DNA of 64,000 nt from Candidatus Thorarchaeota archaeon (GTDB lineage: Archaea; Asgardarchaeota; Thorarchaeia; Thorarchaeales; Thorarchaeaceae), in NCBI GenBank assembly GCA_011364985.1, contig RDOC01000001.1, positions 91,124-155,123 of the forward strand. Reading direction: 5' to 3'. The notes below the pieces were generated by a model. That model saw only the letters and a program-made list of their open reading frames with translations, made no database searches and was not told the origin of the DNA. Below, piece by piece: positions 1 through 9,199 of the stretch (its first letter is position 1; every line of letters starts with the position of its first letter). The position numbers were made by a program, and so were the translations under genes.

Positions 1-1147
1 CATCTATACTCAGAGCAAACTCCAATGCGATGGCCCACTGAACCGAGTTGGCAGGAGAACTTGGCCGATACTCATAGGGGACTATCCCTCCTCCGCCCGG
101 TAATTCCACATCGACCGTTGAACTGGCCCACTTTCCTCGTGTCATCTTGTAGAGACTGAATTGGAAGGGTCCATCAGCAGTCATTGTCATTGCTGGACCC
201 ATTGTAATTTGACCCAGGTCGACAGTGAAATGCTCATTCTTGTTGTAGTATTCAGCCAGCTGGCATCCTCCAGATTGTACATCGTTCCATACTGGGCTTC
301 CATTGTCAACCATGCCCAAGCTCTCGAAAGACATGTGAGGCAAATGCACAATCTGTTTCCGACCTGCGTGACCCCTAATGTCCCTCAAAGCCTCTAGCTG
401 GACCAGGGTTGTTTCTATATTTCCAACACAACCCAAGTTGTTGGGATGAAGATGGAGAGTATGAGGAAGCCCTAACAACTCAACGGCTTTGCATAGCATT
501 CGTGTGATTTCCCGCGGTGTGATTTCCCAATCGGGAACCTCCATATCAAGCGTTCGAATGTTTCTTCGATGAGCCCATGCGTATGTTCCTCCTGGATTTA
601 CCGCTTTAACTCCAAAACCACCCACAGCTCTAAGCACCCAGGCCAAGTATCCTGCAAGACCATTTAGATCGTCGTCGCGTACATAATGGAACGTCAGCAT
701 GGAGTTGCCAAACATGGGCATAAGTCCGGTATTAAGGTTGGAGAGGTTTGATAGCTCTTCCCAGCATGCCAGAGCTTTGAGAGCTTGCATAGCTGGCTCA
801 ATCACAGTGGTATATCCCATTGACGAGTATCTATAACCAATCACATATGAGGAAGGAACTGTATAACCAACTCCAGAGCGCGTCGACTTCGTTCTCGGAA
901 CTGGATCAAGACGATGGTAATCAGGCGAGATTGCACGAGCCAATGACATCTTGCTTCCTACGATGTGAGAATGAAGGTCGACTCCTCCTGGAAGTACTAT
1001 TCGACCCTTCAGATCAATAGACTTGGCGCCTGCGCCTTCCTTTTCAACAATCCTGCCGTCAGATATGCAAAGATCCATTTTCTCTCCGTTGATTCCATTG
1101 GCTGGATCAAAGACAAGTCCGTTTCTGAGAACGATTCCATCACTCAT
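1..1147 (-). CDS. fwdA: Formylmethanofuran dehydrogenase subunit A (amidohydrolase type), first ~382 codons; 3' end lies beyond window start
   Basis: Absent from ORF track because there is no stop inside the window. Minus-strand translation from ATG 1147 stays open to position 1: MSDGIVLRNGLVFDPANGINGEKMDLCISDGRIVEKEGAGAKSIDLKGRIVLPGGVDLHSHIVGSK...GFGVKAVNPGG...LHLHPNNLG, the FwdA/metal-amidohydrolase pattern. The ATG overlaps the fwdB stop (ATGA at 1144-1147). Confidence 0.75.
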   Translation of the reverse strand, partial: MSDGIVLRNGLVFDPANGINGEKMDLCISDGRIVEKEGAGAKSIDLKGRIVLPGGVDLHSHIVGSKMSLARAISPDYHRLDPVPRTKSTRSGVGYTVPSSYVIGYRYSSMGYTTVIEPAMQALKALACWEELSNLSNLNTGLMPMFGNSMLTFHYVRDDDLNGLAGYLAWVLRAVGGFGVKAVNPGGTYAWAHRRNIRTLDMEVPDWEITPREITRMLCKAVELLGLPHTLHLHPNNLGCVGNIETTLVQLEALRDIRGHAGRKQIVHLPHMSFESLGMVDNGSPVWNDVQSGGCQLAEYYNKNEHFTVDLGQITMGPAMTMTADGPFQFSLYKMTRGKWASSTVDVELPGGGGIVPYEYRPSSPANSVQWAIALEFALSID

Positions 1148-2490
1148 CTTTTGGTCACCATGCGAAGCCGCGCAATTATCAGTTTCAAGACATCCCTATC
1201 AGGAATTATTCCTTCAGGAGGTTCGACAATTTTCCGAAGATATAGAGGAAGGCCATCCATTCTAACTGCAGCGCCGTCGCACTCAATCCCGGCAATTGCG
1301 GTGGGAATGTTGACCTCAGCGATTAATGAAGTGACATTCCTCTTTGGATCCAAGTTGATTATAGGAATCCGCTTCAAATGTTCAAGAGCATCTCGTGGAA
1401 AGTGAGCGACGGGGTCCGCGGCTACATTGAGGAGAACATCGGTCTCTCTCCGACGAATGAGATCAACGGCAGAATATTCACCAGGTTGATATCGAGGGTA
1501 GCCTCTGGAATAGTCCACAGCAAAAGGGTAGCCAGTCTGCCATGTTGAAGTCTCATTGGCACCTGCAACATTGAAATGCCCACGCATTGGAATCATAACC
1601 CACTTGGTGAAAGAGTTCAAGTCTTGAATCAGGCGTATTGCGGCATCCACGTTTCTATGCTGCCCCTTGGATTGTGTAAGACCTAGTCCATAGAAGAAAA
1701 CGCCATAGCGTACCGATTTCATTGCTTCAGAGATCTTCGCCAAATCTTCTATTGCCAATCCTCCAACACGATCAATATCCATTTCGTGGCCACGGACAAG
1801 TGCTCGAATAACACTGATTACCTCTAAATCTGTGCCGGGCTCAATCTGAAAGAACTCATCTGCAATTCGCGATGTGGCAGTGCTTCTCACGTCGAAGACC
1901 CATATCTTGCGGTCCTTCTTAGGATTCTGCATGTATTCGCCCGGTTGTCGGATGTATCTGCTGATATGGCGAGGATGTGCAAATTGTGGATTCGATCCCC
2001 AATACACAACCAAGTCTGCACGATGTCTAACTTCCGCAAGAGATCCCAGTGGATCTCCAGACTCTTGCGAACCAATCATAGAAGTGCCGTGGCAGACGGA
2101 CGAGGTATTATCCACAACACCGCCAAGTAGTTCGGCAAGATAATAGGCTTCTTGATGGGTATCATTCTCAGTCGAACTCAACCCATAGATCAATGGGCGC
2201 CTTGCTGAAGTGAGAGCTTCAGCAGCATGTGCTACTGCCTTCTCAAGGGATACTTCTACCAGAATCCCATTAATCCTAACAGCTGGACCAAGAAGCCTGT
2301 CTTCTAAATGATTCAGGAATTTCGACTTGCTCAAGGAACACCCATTGATATTCTTCACTATTCTGTTATTCTCTACTTCAAGTGCTATATCATCGCACAA
2401 GCAGCCACAAAAAACACAAGGCACATTTTTAACAGTCTTTTTGGAAGAGATGCTAAATCCCTCCCTCGGATAGATGCAGCAAATCATCAA
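1144..2490 (-). CDS. fwdB: Formylmethanofuran dehydrogenase subunit B (molybdopterin/tungstopterin oxidoreductase-like)
   Basis: 448-aa ORF. It has the N-terminal Cys cluster VKNVPCVFCGCLCDDI typical of FwdB and a molybdopterin-oxidoreductase body. SSVCHG carries Cys, not an in-frame TGA, at the expected metal-ligand position. The true start is uncertain because the ORF start overlaps fwdD by 38 nt. Confidence 0.8.
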   Translation of the reverse strand: MMICCIYPREGFSISSKKTVKNVPCVFCGCLCDDIALEVENNRIVKNINGCSLSKSKFLNHLEDRLLGPAVRINGILVEVSLEKAVAHAAEALTSARRPLIYGLSSTENDTHQEAYYLAELLGGVVDNTSSVCHGTSMIGSQESGDPLGSLAEVRHRADLVVYWGSNPQFAHPRHISRYIRQPGEYMQNPKKDRKIWVFDVRSTATSRIADEFFQIEPGTDLEVISVIRALVRGHEMDIDRVGGLAIEDLAKISEAMKSVRYGVFFYGLGLTQSKGQHRNVDAAIRLIQDLNSFTKWVMIPMRGHFNVAGANETSTWQTGYPFAVDYSRGYPRYQPGEYSAVDLIRRRETDVLLNVAADPVAHFPRDALEHLKRIPIINLDPKRNVTSLIAEVNIPTAIAGIECDGAAVRMDGLPLYLRKIVEPPEGIIPDRDVLKLIIARLRMVTKR

Positions 2491-2854
2491 TAGTCCTTAC
2501 AGATGTATCTGGGGCGGGAAAGAGGATAACTGGAACGCCTTTGTAACTGGGCATTCCGCATCCATGTGTTTCCGAGCCGAGAATTGTATTGGCATGAGGA
2601 CCCCACGGCATGAACACAACTCCAGGACGAGCATTTTGGTCCAACTTGGACCTCACGACCACATCTCCGAGAAGAGTCTCTAATCGTACAGCATCTCCTT
2701 CGTGAATTCCGAGGACTTCCATTGTGTTGGCATCCATTTCACATACTGCGACCGAGCTCAGATAGTCTTCACTGAGTTTGCCCAGTTCACTTGTCCTTCC
2801 CTGCTGAAGGGTTCGTCCTGAGATAAGAACCGCCTTAACGCCAACCTTCTTCAT
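2453..2854 (-). CDS. fwdD: Formylmethanofuran dehydrogenase subunit D (molybdopterin dinucleotide-binding barrel)
   Basis: 133 aa. SGRTLQQG...GDAVRLETLLGDVVVRSKLDQNARPGVVFMPWGP resembles FwdD. It lies immediately upstream of fwdB on the same strand. Confidence 0.72.
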   Translation of the reverse strand: MKKVGVKAVLISGRTLQQGRTSELGKLSEDYLSSVAVCEMDANTMEVLGIHEGDAVRLETLLGDVVVRSKLDQNARPGVVFMPWGPHANTILGSETHGCGMPSYKGVPVILFPAPDTSVRTIDDLLHLSEGGI

Positions 2855-3031
2855 GCCGTGCCACTTCGTAACGTGAACAGAATAGAGGTCTAAGGATGAT
2901 TTGAGTTTCGTGGTTGTGGAGAATTCGGATGTTCACAGGAAGGAAGATGGATAAGATACAATACAAGCCATTTTAGCAAGGATACTCGATATCGTTGCTA
3001 GTTCGAAGCCTTTATCAGAATCGGGAAGCGG

Positions 3032-4042
3032 ATGCGCCTCAGAAGCCTCAATCAAGAATGGAAGATGTGGACAATGTCGGCAAAGAAAAAAACTCTAGTT
3101 GACCTCTATACACAGACAATCAAAATACGAAAATTCGAGGAGAAAGTTTGGGAGCTGTTTGGCCAAAACCTTGTACCAGGTACACTTCACCTCTACCTCG
3201 GTCAGGAAGCTGTTGCAGCTGGAGTGACTGCAGCATTGAAGAAGACCGATTGGATTCAGAGCACTCACAGAGGGCATGGACACGTTATCGGCAAAGGCGC
3301 TGACATGAATTCAGCACTTGCTGAACTTTTAGGAAAGAAGACCGGCTCCTGCAAGGGAAAAGGAGGAAGTATGCACATCACACAGTTTGACGTTGGTGTA
3401 CTGGGTGCAACTGGAGTAGTTGCATCTGGGTTGCCAATTGCAGTAGGTGCCGCGTTGTCAGCAAAAATGAGAGGTACTGATGAAGTAGTGGTCTGTTTCT
3501 TTGGAGATGGAGCATCGAACAACGGCACCTTCGGAGAGTCGCTGAATATGGCTGCAATTTGGAACCTTCCAGTAATCTGGGTAATTGAGAATAACCTGTA
3601 TGCTATGGGAACCCCGATTCAACTTACATGTCCAAGTCAGAATATTGCCGACCGTGGGGCAGGATACTGTACCCCATCAGTCGTTGTAGATGGGAATAAT
3701 GCATTGGAAGTGTATGAGGCTTCTGTTGAAGCCGTTAAAAGAGCTAGAGAAGGCAAAGGTCCAAGTCTCATTGAATGCAAGACATATAGAATGAGGGGGC
3801 ATTCACGTTTTGACCAAGCAAAATACAGACCGAAGGAAGAGGCCGAACATTGGTTGAATAAGGATGCTGTAGAGATTATCAAGAAGATTGCCATCGAACA
3901 AGGCGCGCTCACAGAAAAAGAAGCTGAAAATATAGCTAAGAATCTGCAGAAAGATGTAGATAAGGCTGCAGAATTTGCCATAAAGTCGGAACTCCCAGAA
4001 CCGGAAGATGCTCTGGACGATGTTTTTGCGGAGGTGGCCTAA
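3032..4042 (+). CDS. 2-oxoacid (pyruvate/acetoin/branched-chain) dehydrogenase E1 component alpha subunit, TPP-dependent
   Basis: 336 aa with LYLGQEAVAAGV, THRGHGH, GKGGSMH and FFGDGASNNG motifs. Start may be ATG 3074 (MSAKKKTL...). Confidence 0.85.
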   Translation: MRLRSLNQEWKMWTMSAKKKTLVDLYTQTIKIRKFEEKVWELFGQNLVPGTLHLYLGQEAVAAGVTAALKKTDWIQSTHRGHGHVIGKGADMNSALAELLGKKTGSCKGKGGSMHITQFDVGVLGATGVVASGLPIAVGAALSAKMRGTDEVVVCFFGDGASNNGTFGESLNMAAIWNLPVIWVIENNLYAMGTPIQLTCPSQNIADRGAGYCTPSVVVDGNNALEVYEASVEAVKRAREGKGPSLIECKTYRMRGHSRFDQAKYRPKEEAEHWLNKDAVEIIKKIAIEQGALTEKEAENIAKNLQKDVDKAAEFAIKSELPEPEDALDDVFAEVA

Positions 4043-5017
4043 ATGACAGAAATGACGTATCGCGAAGCTCTGAAAGCAGGTATCAGAGAAGAGATGCTTC
4101 ACGATGAAAGGGTGTTTCTGCTAGGCGAAGACATTGGAAGAAACTGGGGTGGTGCTTTCAAAGTAACAAAAGGGCTTGCTGAGGAGTTTGGCGATGAAAG
4201 AGTACGGGACACACCCATTTCAGAGAATACGATAGTAGGAGCTGCAATCGGAGCAGCGATTACTGGACTCCGCCCTATTGCAGAAATCATGTTTGGTGAC
4301 CTGATAAGCTTGGCAATGGACCAAGTTTGTAACCAAGCCGCGAAAATGCGGTTTATGTTCGGCGGCCAGACATCTGTCCCGGTTGTTGTAAGAAGCGTAT
4401 TTGGAGGCGGCAAGAACATAGCATCACATCACTCGCAAAGCCTTGAAGCTTGGTTCATGCATACTCCAGGACTGAAAATAGCCGTTCCTGCTTTCGCCTC
4501 TGATGCAAAGGGATTGATTAAGACAGCAATTAGAGACCCTAATCCCGTAATGTTCTTTGAGCACAAGCTGGTCTATGATAAGAAAGAGGAGGTCCCTGAT
4601 GAGGAGTATACAATCCCCTTTGGCGAAGCAAAGATAAGAAAAGAAGGAGCAGATGTAACAGTCTGGGGAACTTGGTTCATGCTTCACAAGGCACTAGATG
4701 TGGCCGAGGAATTGACGAAAGAGGGAATAAGCGTTGAAGTCATTGATCCGCGAACCCTCGTGCCACTTGACAAGAAGACCCTTCTCGAATCGGTGAAAAA
4801 GACCGGTCGACTTGTACTAGTAACTGAAGAAACGAAGACAGGAGCCACAACGGCAGAGATTGCTGCCATTGTTCAGGAAGAGGCTTTTGATTGGTTAGAT
4901 GCTCCAATCAAGAGGGTAAATGCGCCGGATACACCAGTTCCCTTTAGCCCTCCGCTTGAGGACTACTTCATCCCAAATCACAAGAGAATAGCAGAAGCAA
5001 TTCGTGAGATCGTTTGA
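4043..5017 (+). CDS. 2-oxoacid dehydrogenase E1 component beta subunit
   Basis: 324 aa with RVRDTPISENTIVGAAIGAAITGLRP and a transketolase-like C-terminal domain. Its ATG directly follows the E1alpha stop (TAAATG). Confidence 0.85.
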   Translation: MTEMTYREALKAGIREEMLHDERVFLLGEDIGRNWGGAFKVTKGLAEEFGDERVRDTPISENTIVGAAIGAAITGLRPIAEIMFGDLISLAMDQVCNQAAKMRFMFGGQTSVPVVVRSVFGGGKNIASHHSQSLEAWFMHTPGLKIAVPAFASDAKGLIKTAIRDPNPVMFFEHKLVYDKKEEVPDEEYTIPFGEAKIRKEGADVTVWGTWFMLHKALDVAEELTKEGISVEVIDPRTLVPLDKKTLLESVKKTGRLVLVTEETKTGATTAEIAAIVQEEAFDWLDAPIKRVNAPDTPVPFSPPLEDYFIPNHKRIAEAIREIV

Positions 5018-6254
5018 GGTGAGTGTTTTGGTCACAACCATGATTATGCAACGAATGAGCGTTGCTATGGAATATGGAGTCATCCTTAAATGGTTGAAGA
5101 AAGAAGGCGACAAAGTAAAGGCAGGAGAGCCCGTCGTTGAAATCTTTGGAGAGAAAAACGAGTTCGAACTGGAAGCTCCCACAGATGGTATATTGCTTAA
5201 AATTCTGTGTGATGTAAACGACGAGATACCAATTAGTGAGCCAATTGCGTTCATTGGGGAGGAAGGAGAAGAGATTCCTGATGTCAGGCCCAAGAAACTG
5301 ACTGCTCAGACTGCTGGAGCTGCACCGCAGCCAATTACGGCTGAAGCGGATGCGAAGATACTGGAGAAAGAAGCACCAACCAAGACAGAAGCTGCCGCAT
5401 CCCTTATGCTAAACGGGCGAATTAGAGCCTCTCCACGAGCTAGGAAGAAAGCAGAGGAAATGGGAGTAGACCTCACCTATGTGCAAGGATCTGGGCCAGA
5501 GGGTAGAATAATTGAGAAAGATATAATGGCCTATAAGCCCTATGAAGCTTTAGCTCCCTCGGATCGAAAAGTAAGAGGAATTGAAACCCTAAACCCCTTA
5601 AGAAGAACCATTGCCAGAAGAATGACCCAGAGCGCCCAGAATCCGCACATAACAATGATAACTGAAATTGACATGACGGAGGCTGTTTCCCTCAGAGAAG
5701 AAATCAACGCACGTTCGGAGAAGAAAGGCATCCGCGTGTCATTCAATGATATAATAGTCAAGGCGGTTGCAGATGTGCTGGAGCGGTTTCCGAAATTCAA
5801 TGCAACCTTGGTTGGAAATGATCTCCATCTTTTGGACGAAATAAACATTGGAGTGGCAATGGCAACAGAATCAGGTCTGTTGGTTCCCACTGTAAGAGAT
5901 GCCAACCAAAAGTCGATTACAGAGATTGCAGCAGAAACCAAAGAAATGGCAAGAAAGGTGAGGGGCAACGAAATCACGTCTGAGAAACTGACAGGTAGTA
6001 CCTTCACGGTTTCCAATTTGGGACCTTTCAAAGTGGACCTATTTATACCGATCATCAATCCACCTGAAACTGCAATCTTAGCTCTTGGGCAAATCAAGAA
6101 AAAACCGGTGGTTGTCGATGATGTGATTGCTGTGAGATCCACCATGATGGCTAGCTGTGCTGTGGACCACAGAGTACTAGATGGCGCCCCCGCAGGACAG
6201 TTCCTGCAAGCCCTGAAAGACTATCTTGAGAATCCGTACTTCATGAAGGTATGA
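5004..6254 (+). CDS. Dihydrolipoamide acyltransferase (E2 component)
   Basis: 416 aa. It has a lipoyl domain (GEPVVEIFGEKNEFELEAPTDG), a peripheral-subunit-binding segment (RASPRARKKAEEMGVDL) and a catalytic domain with DHRVLDGAPAGQF. GTG 5004 overlaps E1beta; ATG 5040 is an alternative start. Confidence 0.85.
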   Translation: MRSFEVSVLVTTMIMQRMSVAMEYGVILKWLKKEGDKVKAGEPVVEIFGEKNEFELEAPTDGILLKILCDVNDEIPISEPIAFIGEEGEEIPDVRPKKLTAQTAGAAPQPITAEADAKILEKEAPTKTEAAASLMLNGRIRASPRARKKAEEMGVDLTYVQGSGPEGRIIEKDIMAYKPYEALAPSDRKVRGIETLNPLRRTIARRMTQSAQNPHITMITEIDMTEAVSLREEINARSEKKGIRVSFNDIIVKAVADVLERFPKFNATLVGNDLHLLDEINIGVAMATESGLLVPTVRDANQKSITEIAAETKEMARKVRGNEITSEKLTGSTFTVSNLGPFKVDLFIPIINPPETAILALGQIKKKPVVVDDVIAVRSTMMASCAVDHRVLDGAPAGQFLQALKDYLENPYFMKV

Positions 6255-6309
6255 ATCCAGCGCATAAGATTATGAATCTCCCGGCGCTACATGACCCAGA
6301 GAAGAAGAG

Positions 6310-6621
6310 ATGATTAACTCAAAGTAATGTCCGAAGTGTGGAAACAGCAGTATTGCAGGACCCCATAACATCTGGGATGAAGATAGACACATTAGGATAG
6401 ACTTGCCAGGGATGTATACGGCAACACTTGTGGCATATACGTGTGCGAATTGCGGATACACTGAGCTATATAGCGACAGGATAGGTCTCGATAACGTCCG
6501 ACGAGATGGCAGGTTCTTGGTCGACCAAGAAAGGCCTGAGACAACTCGTTGCACACGTTGCGGTGCCCTGTTTAGACCGGGGAAAGGTATCTGCTACGAA
6601 TACGGAACGCAAGTGGATTAG
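6310..6621 (+). pseudogene. Small double zinc-ribbon protein interrupted by an in-frame TAA after codon 5 (the track ORF starts only at TTG 6403)
   Basis: The frame reads ATG ATT AAC TCA AAG TAA (6310-6327), then CPKCGNSSIAGPHNIWDEDRHIRIDLPGMYTATLVAYTCANCGYTELY...CTRCG. The CPKC knuckle (6328-6339) pairs with CANC but has no ATG/GTG/TTG between the TAA and 6403. Confidence 0.45.
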
Positions 6622-6733
6622 TTCTCAATAATGCTTGTTTTCCCATAGGACCTTAAATTCAAGGAAGAAGAATCAATCATGATGCAGCACTTCCCTCCTG
6701 CGTCTTGCCTCGAAAAACACGACATCTGCTCTT

Positions 6734-6757
6734 AGCCTCGGGATCTGCTCCGAGGCT
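6734..6757. other. Perfect 8-bp stem-loop AGCCTCGG-GATCTGCT-CCGAGGCT in the gap between the zinc-ribbon ORF and lplA
   Basis: Read directly from the sequence; the arms are exact reverse complements. Function unknown; a transcript 3' end or a regulatory structure are possibilities. Confidence 0.3.
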
Positions 6758-6884
6758 CGCTGGTGGTGGGTTTATTCCGCCACCAGCAAATACAACTTCC
6801 TTTTCATTGCGTATTTTCCTGTAAAGCGAAGTCTTAAGGCAGCCGTGATGTGTCAAAGCTGGAATCAAAACAGGTGACCAGTTA

Positions 6885-7691
6885 ATGCCTTGGAGACTGC
6901 TCGAAGAGAACGGTCGGGACATCTTTAGAAATCTGGCCATTGAAGAAGCCTTGGCGAGAGTGAACGTAGAATCCAAGAAGAAGATGAACACACTTCGGTT
7001 TTGGAGAACTGATTCTGCAGTTGTACTTGGTAGGTTTCAATGTCTCCACAAGGAAACAAATATCCGATTTTGCGAGGCGCACAAAATTGCGATTGCTCGG
7101 AGATTCACTGGAGGTGGAACAGTATATCAAGACAAGGGAAATCTCAACTTCAGCATATGCGCAGACCGGAGAGAGGACTATGCCAAAGGCACGTTACCTG
7201 AGCTGTACAAATCATTTGTAGGATGTATCGCTGAAGCACTTCAGAAAATAGGAGTTCCAGCGGAGTTTGATGAATATAGATCATGCATACGAATAGATGG
7301 AAAGAAAATCACAGGAACCGCAGGATGGATAAAGCAAGGTATTGCTTTCATTCATGGCACTCTCTTGATAGATTCCAATATTGACATTCTACTACAATGT
7401 CTCGACGCTCCAGAGAAACAACCGGTATATCTACGAGAAGGCAGAACCAGATGCATGGAAAGCAAGAGAGACATTGTCACCACTATTCATAGAGAAGTGG
7501 ACAGCCCTCCATCTGTTGAAGAGATAAAGACGGCTATTACAAATGGCATCAAGGAAATAACTAGGGACATTTTGATTCTCAAAACTCTCACAATGACTGA
7601 GATTCAACATTCAGAGCTTTTATATCAAAATCGATACAGCCATGCCAACTGGAACAGAGGAGAACTGGTTCCCAATAAGGATTTGAGTTGA
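6885..7691 (+). CDS. lplA: Lipoate-protein ligase A
   Basis: 268 aa with RFWRTDSAVVLGRFQ, ARRFTGGGTVYQDKGNLNFS and KITGTAGW motifs of the LplA/BPL_LplA_LipB family. It lies downstream of the E1/E2 genes. Confidence 0.8.
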   Translation: MPWRLLEENGRDIFRNLAIEEALARVNVESKKKMNTLRFWRTDSAVVLGRFQCLHKETNIRFCEAHKIAIARRFTGGGTVYQDKGNLNFSICADRREDYAKGTLPELYKSFVGCIAEALQKIGVPAEFDEYRSCIRIDGKKITGTAGWIKQGIAFIHGTLLIDSNIDILLQCLDAPEKQPVYLREGRTRCMESKRDIVTTIHREVDSPPSVEEIKTAITNGIKEITRDILILKTLTMTEIQHSELLYQNRYSHANWNRGELVPNKDLS

Positions 7692-7697
7692 TAAGAA

Positions 7698-8048
7698 ATG
7701 GACAATGACGTGGAAAAGACACTCAAAAGCTTCCAGAAACACTTCGGTGCATTGAACAGAGATATCCCTGATACGCGAAATGCGTTTACAGACTTGCTGA
7801 AAACAGTTCACAAGGATGGAGCACTGCCTGCGAAATTTAAGGAGATAATTTGCATAGTAGCTTCAATTCTGGCTCCATGTGAATCGTGCATGGTCTATCA
7901 TACAAAGCAGGCGCTATCAGCAGGTGCGACAAGAGAAGAAATAATGGAAGCTGCAGCTGTGGCAATAGTGATGGGTGGGGGACCAGCATCGACGCACATT
8001 GCAACTGTCCAAGATGCATTGGACTTGTGGGCTCCAAGAAAGGAATAG
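7698..8048 (+). CDS. Carboxymuconolactone decarboxylase / AhpD-like family protein
   Basis: 116 aa, all-helical, with a CESCMVYH motif typical of the CMD/AhpD family. Confidence 0.65.
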   Translation: MDNDVEKTLKSFQKHFGALNRDIPDTRNAFTDLLKTVHKDGALPAKFKEIICIVASILAPCESCMVYHTKQALSAGATREEIMEAAAVAIVMGGGPASTHIATVQDALDLWAPRKE

Positions 8049-8106
8049 AAACCATTTGGAAATTCTAGACATTCAAATACTTGAGCGTGAATCCGGACCC
8101 AAATTA

Positions 8107-9147
8107 CTACAGCTCTGTGAAAAGGACCTTTATTGCTTGTTGGGATTCCATCAGGTCGAACCCGTGTTCCCAATCACTAAGAGGAATACGATGGGTAATG
8201 AGTGAACTGAGACTCAGCTTCTTTGTTTCCATTAGCTTCAAGGTTGTGACCCACGATGAAGGCAGTGTGCCCCATGTACCAGTCATGGTAAGCTCCTTTA
8301 CGATGATGGGGTCCAAATCAATCGTGGCGGGCTGACCTCTTACTCCTATTAGGCAGATATGTCCTGCAACCTTGACGAATCTCAAGGCCTGTGTACAAGC
8401 AATGCAGGCTCCGGAGGCCTCGATGACAACATCAGCTCCAAGTCCCTTGGTGAGGTCTCGTATAATACTGTCGGCATCAGACTCGGTTTGAACATCGATT
8501 GTCACATCAGCGCCCATTCTTTCGGCAATATCAAGACGCCATCTGTCAGAGCTAACTCCGGTAACAATGACTTTCCCAGCACCCATTGCTTTTGCTACTT
8601 GCACTGAAATCAAACCCATTGTACCAGGCCCTTGAACGACGATAGTGTCTCCTGGGCAGATGTTTATTTTTTCAGTCACTCCGTGCACGACGCAGGCTGT
8701 TGGTTCAGCAAGTGCAGCTTCCTCTAAGGAAACCCCCTCGGGGACCTTGTGAATGATGTATTCTGGAGCTGTGAGGTACTTCGCAAAGGCACCATTGGCC
8801 AGAGATACGCCTAGGATTTTCTTGTCGGATGCAGTACACCGGTTCATGTGACCTGTCTTACAATGATAGCAGCGCCCACAATATGCAGTAGCAGGAGAAA
8901 CTACTAGATCGCCCACTTGAATATCCTGCACATCATTGCCAACCTCAACAACCTTCCCGGAATACTCATGTCCGAGGATGACAGGAGGCGTGTAGAAGGC
9001 GGTGTCATGCTTGATGTGAACATCGCTCCCGCAAATCCCCGCAGCTGCTACCTCAATCAAAACTTCATTCCTGTCAGGAGATGGCACGTCAACATCCCGG
9101 AGCTCCATGTTGCCGGGTCCACGAGCGATCTTCATTAGTCCTTTCAT
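8107..9147 (-). CDS. Zinc-dependent medium-chain alcohol/polyol (threonine/sorbitol-type) dehydrogenase
   Basis: GHEYSGKVVEVG, structural-zinc cluster CGRCYHCKTGHMNRC and Rossmann motif VQGPGTMGL. The ORF extends to 9162; MKGLMKIARGPG at 9147 fits the family N-terminus better. Confidence 0.8.
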   Translation of the reverse strand: MKGLMKIARGPGNMELRDVDVPSPDRNEVLIEVAAAGICGSDVHIKHDTAFYTPPVILGHEYSGKVVEVGNDVQDIQVGDLVVSPATAYCGRCYHCKTGHMNRCTASDKKILGVSLANGAFAKYLTAPEYIIHKVPEGVSLEEAALAEPTACVVHGVTEKINICPGDTIVVQGPGTMGLISVQVAKAMGAGKVIVTGVSSDRWRLDIAERMGADVTIDVQTESDADSIIRDLTKGLGADVVIEASGACIACTQALRFVKVAGHICLIGVRGQPATIDLDPIIVKELTMTGTWGTLPSSWVTTLKLMETKKLSLSSLITHRIPLSDWEHGFDLMESQQAIKVLFTEL

Positions 9148-9199
9148 AGGCTCTGACCTCATGATTGTCGAAACCTGTACTGTTATAGAATCTTGTGGC

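Noticed and set aside
1144-2490. fwdB as a selenoprotein, given the SelD gene in the window.
   Set aside because: The expected metal-ligand position reads Cys (SSVCHG), and the ORF has no in-frame TGA.
5540-6145. Long antisense ORFs opposite well-supported genes. Examples are 5540..6145, 3265..3528, 23756..24280, 23910..24434, 35291..35803, 26691..27137, 58990..59586, 52505..53092 and 50250..50612.
   Set aside because: Each lies entirely within a gene with clear family motifs on the other strand, and each has a Ser/Pro/Arg-rich or otherwise low-complexity composition typical of shadow frames.
6677-6991. 104-aa minus-strand ORF between the zinc-ribbon gene and lplA.
   Set aside because: It overlaps the lplA start by ~100 nt, is low-complexity (GGGINPPPASLGADPEAKS), and contains the 8-bp palindrome 6734-6757, which better explains the open frame. 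No family recognised.
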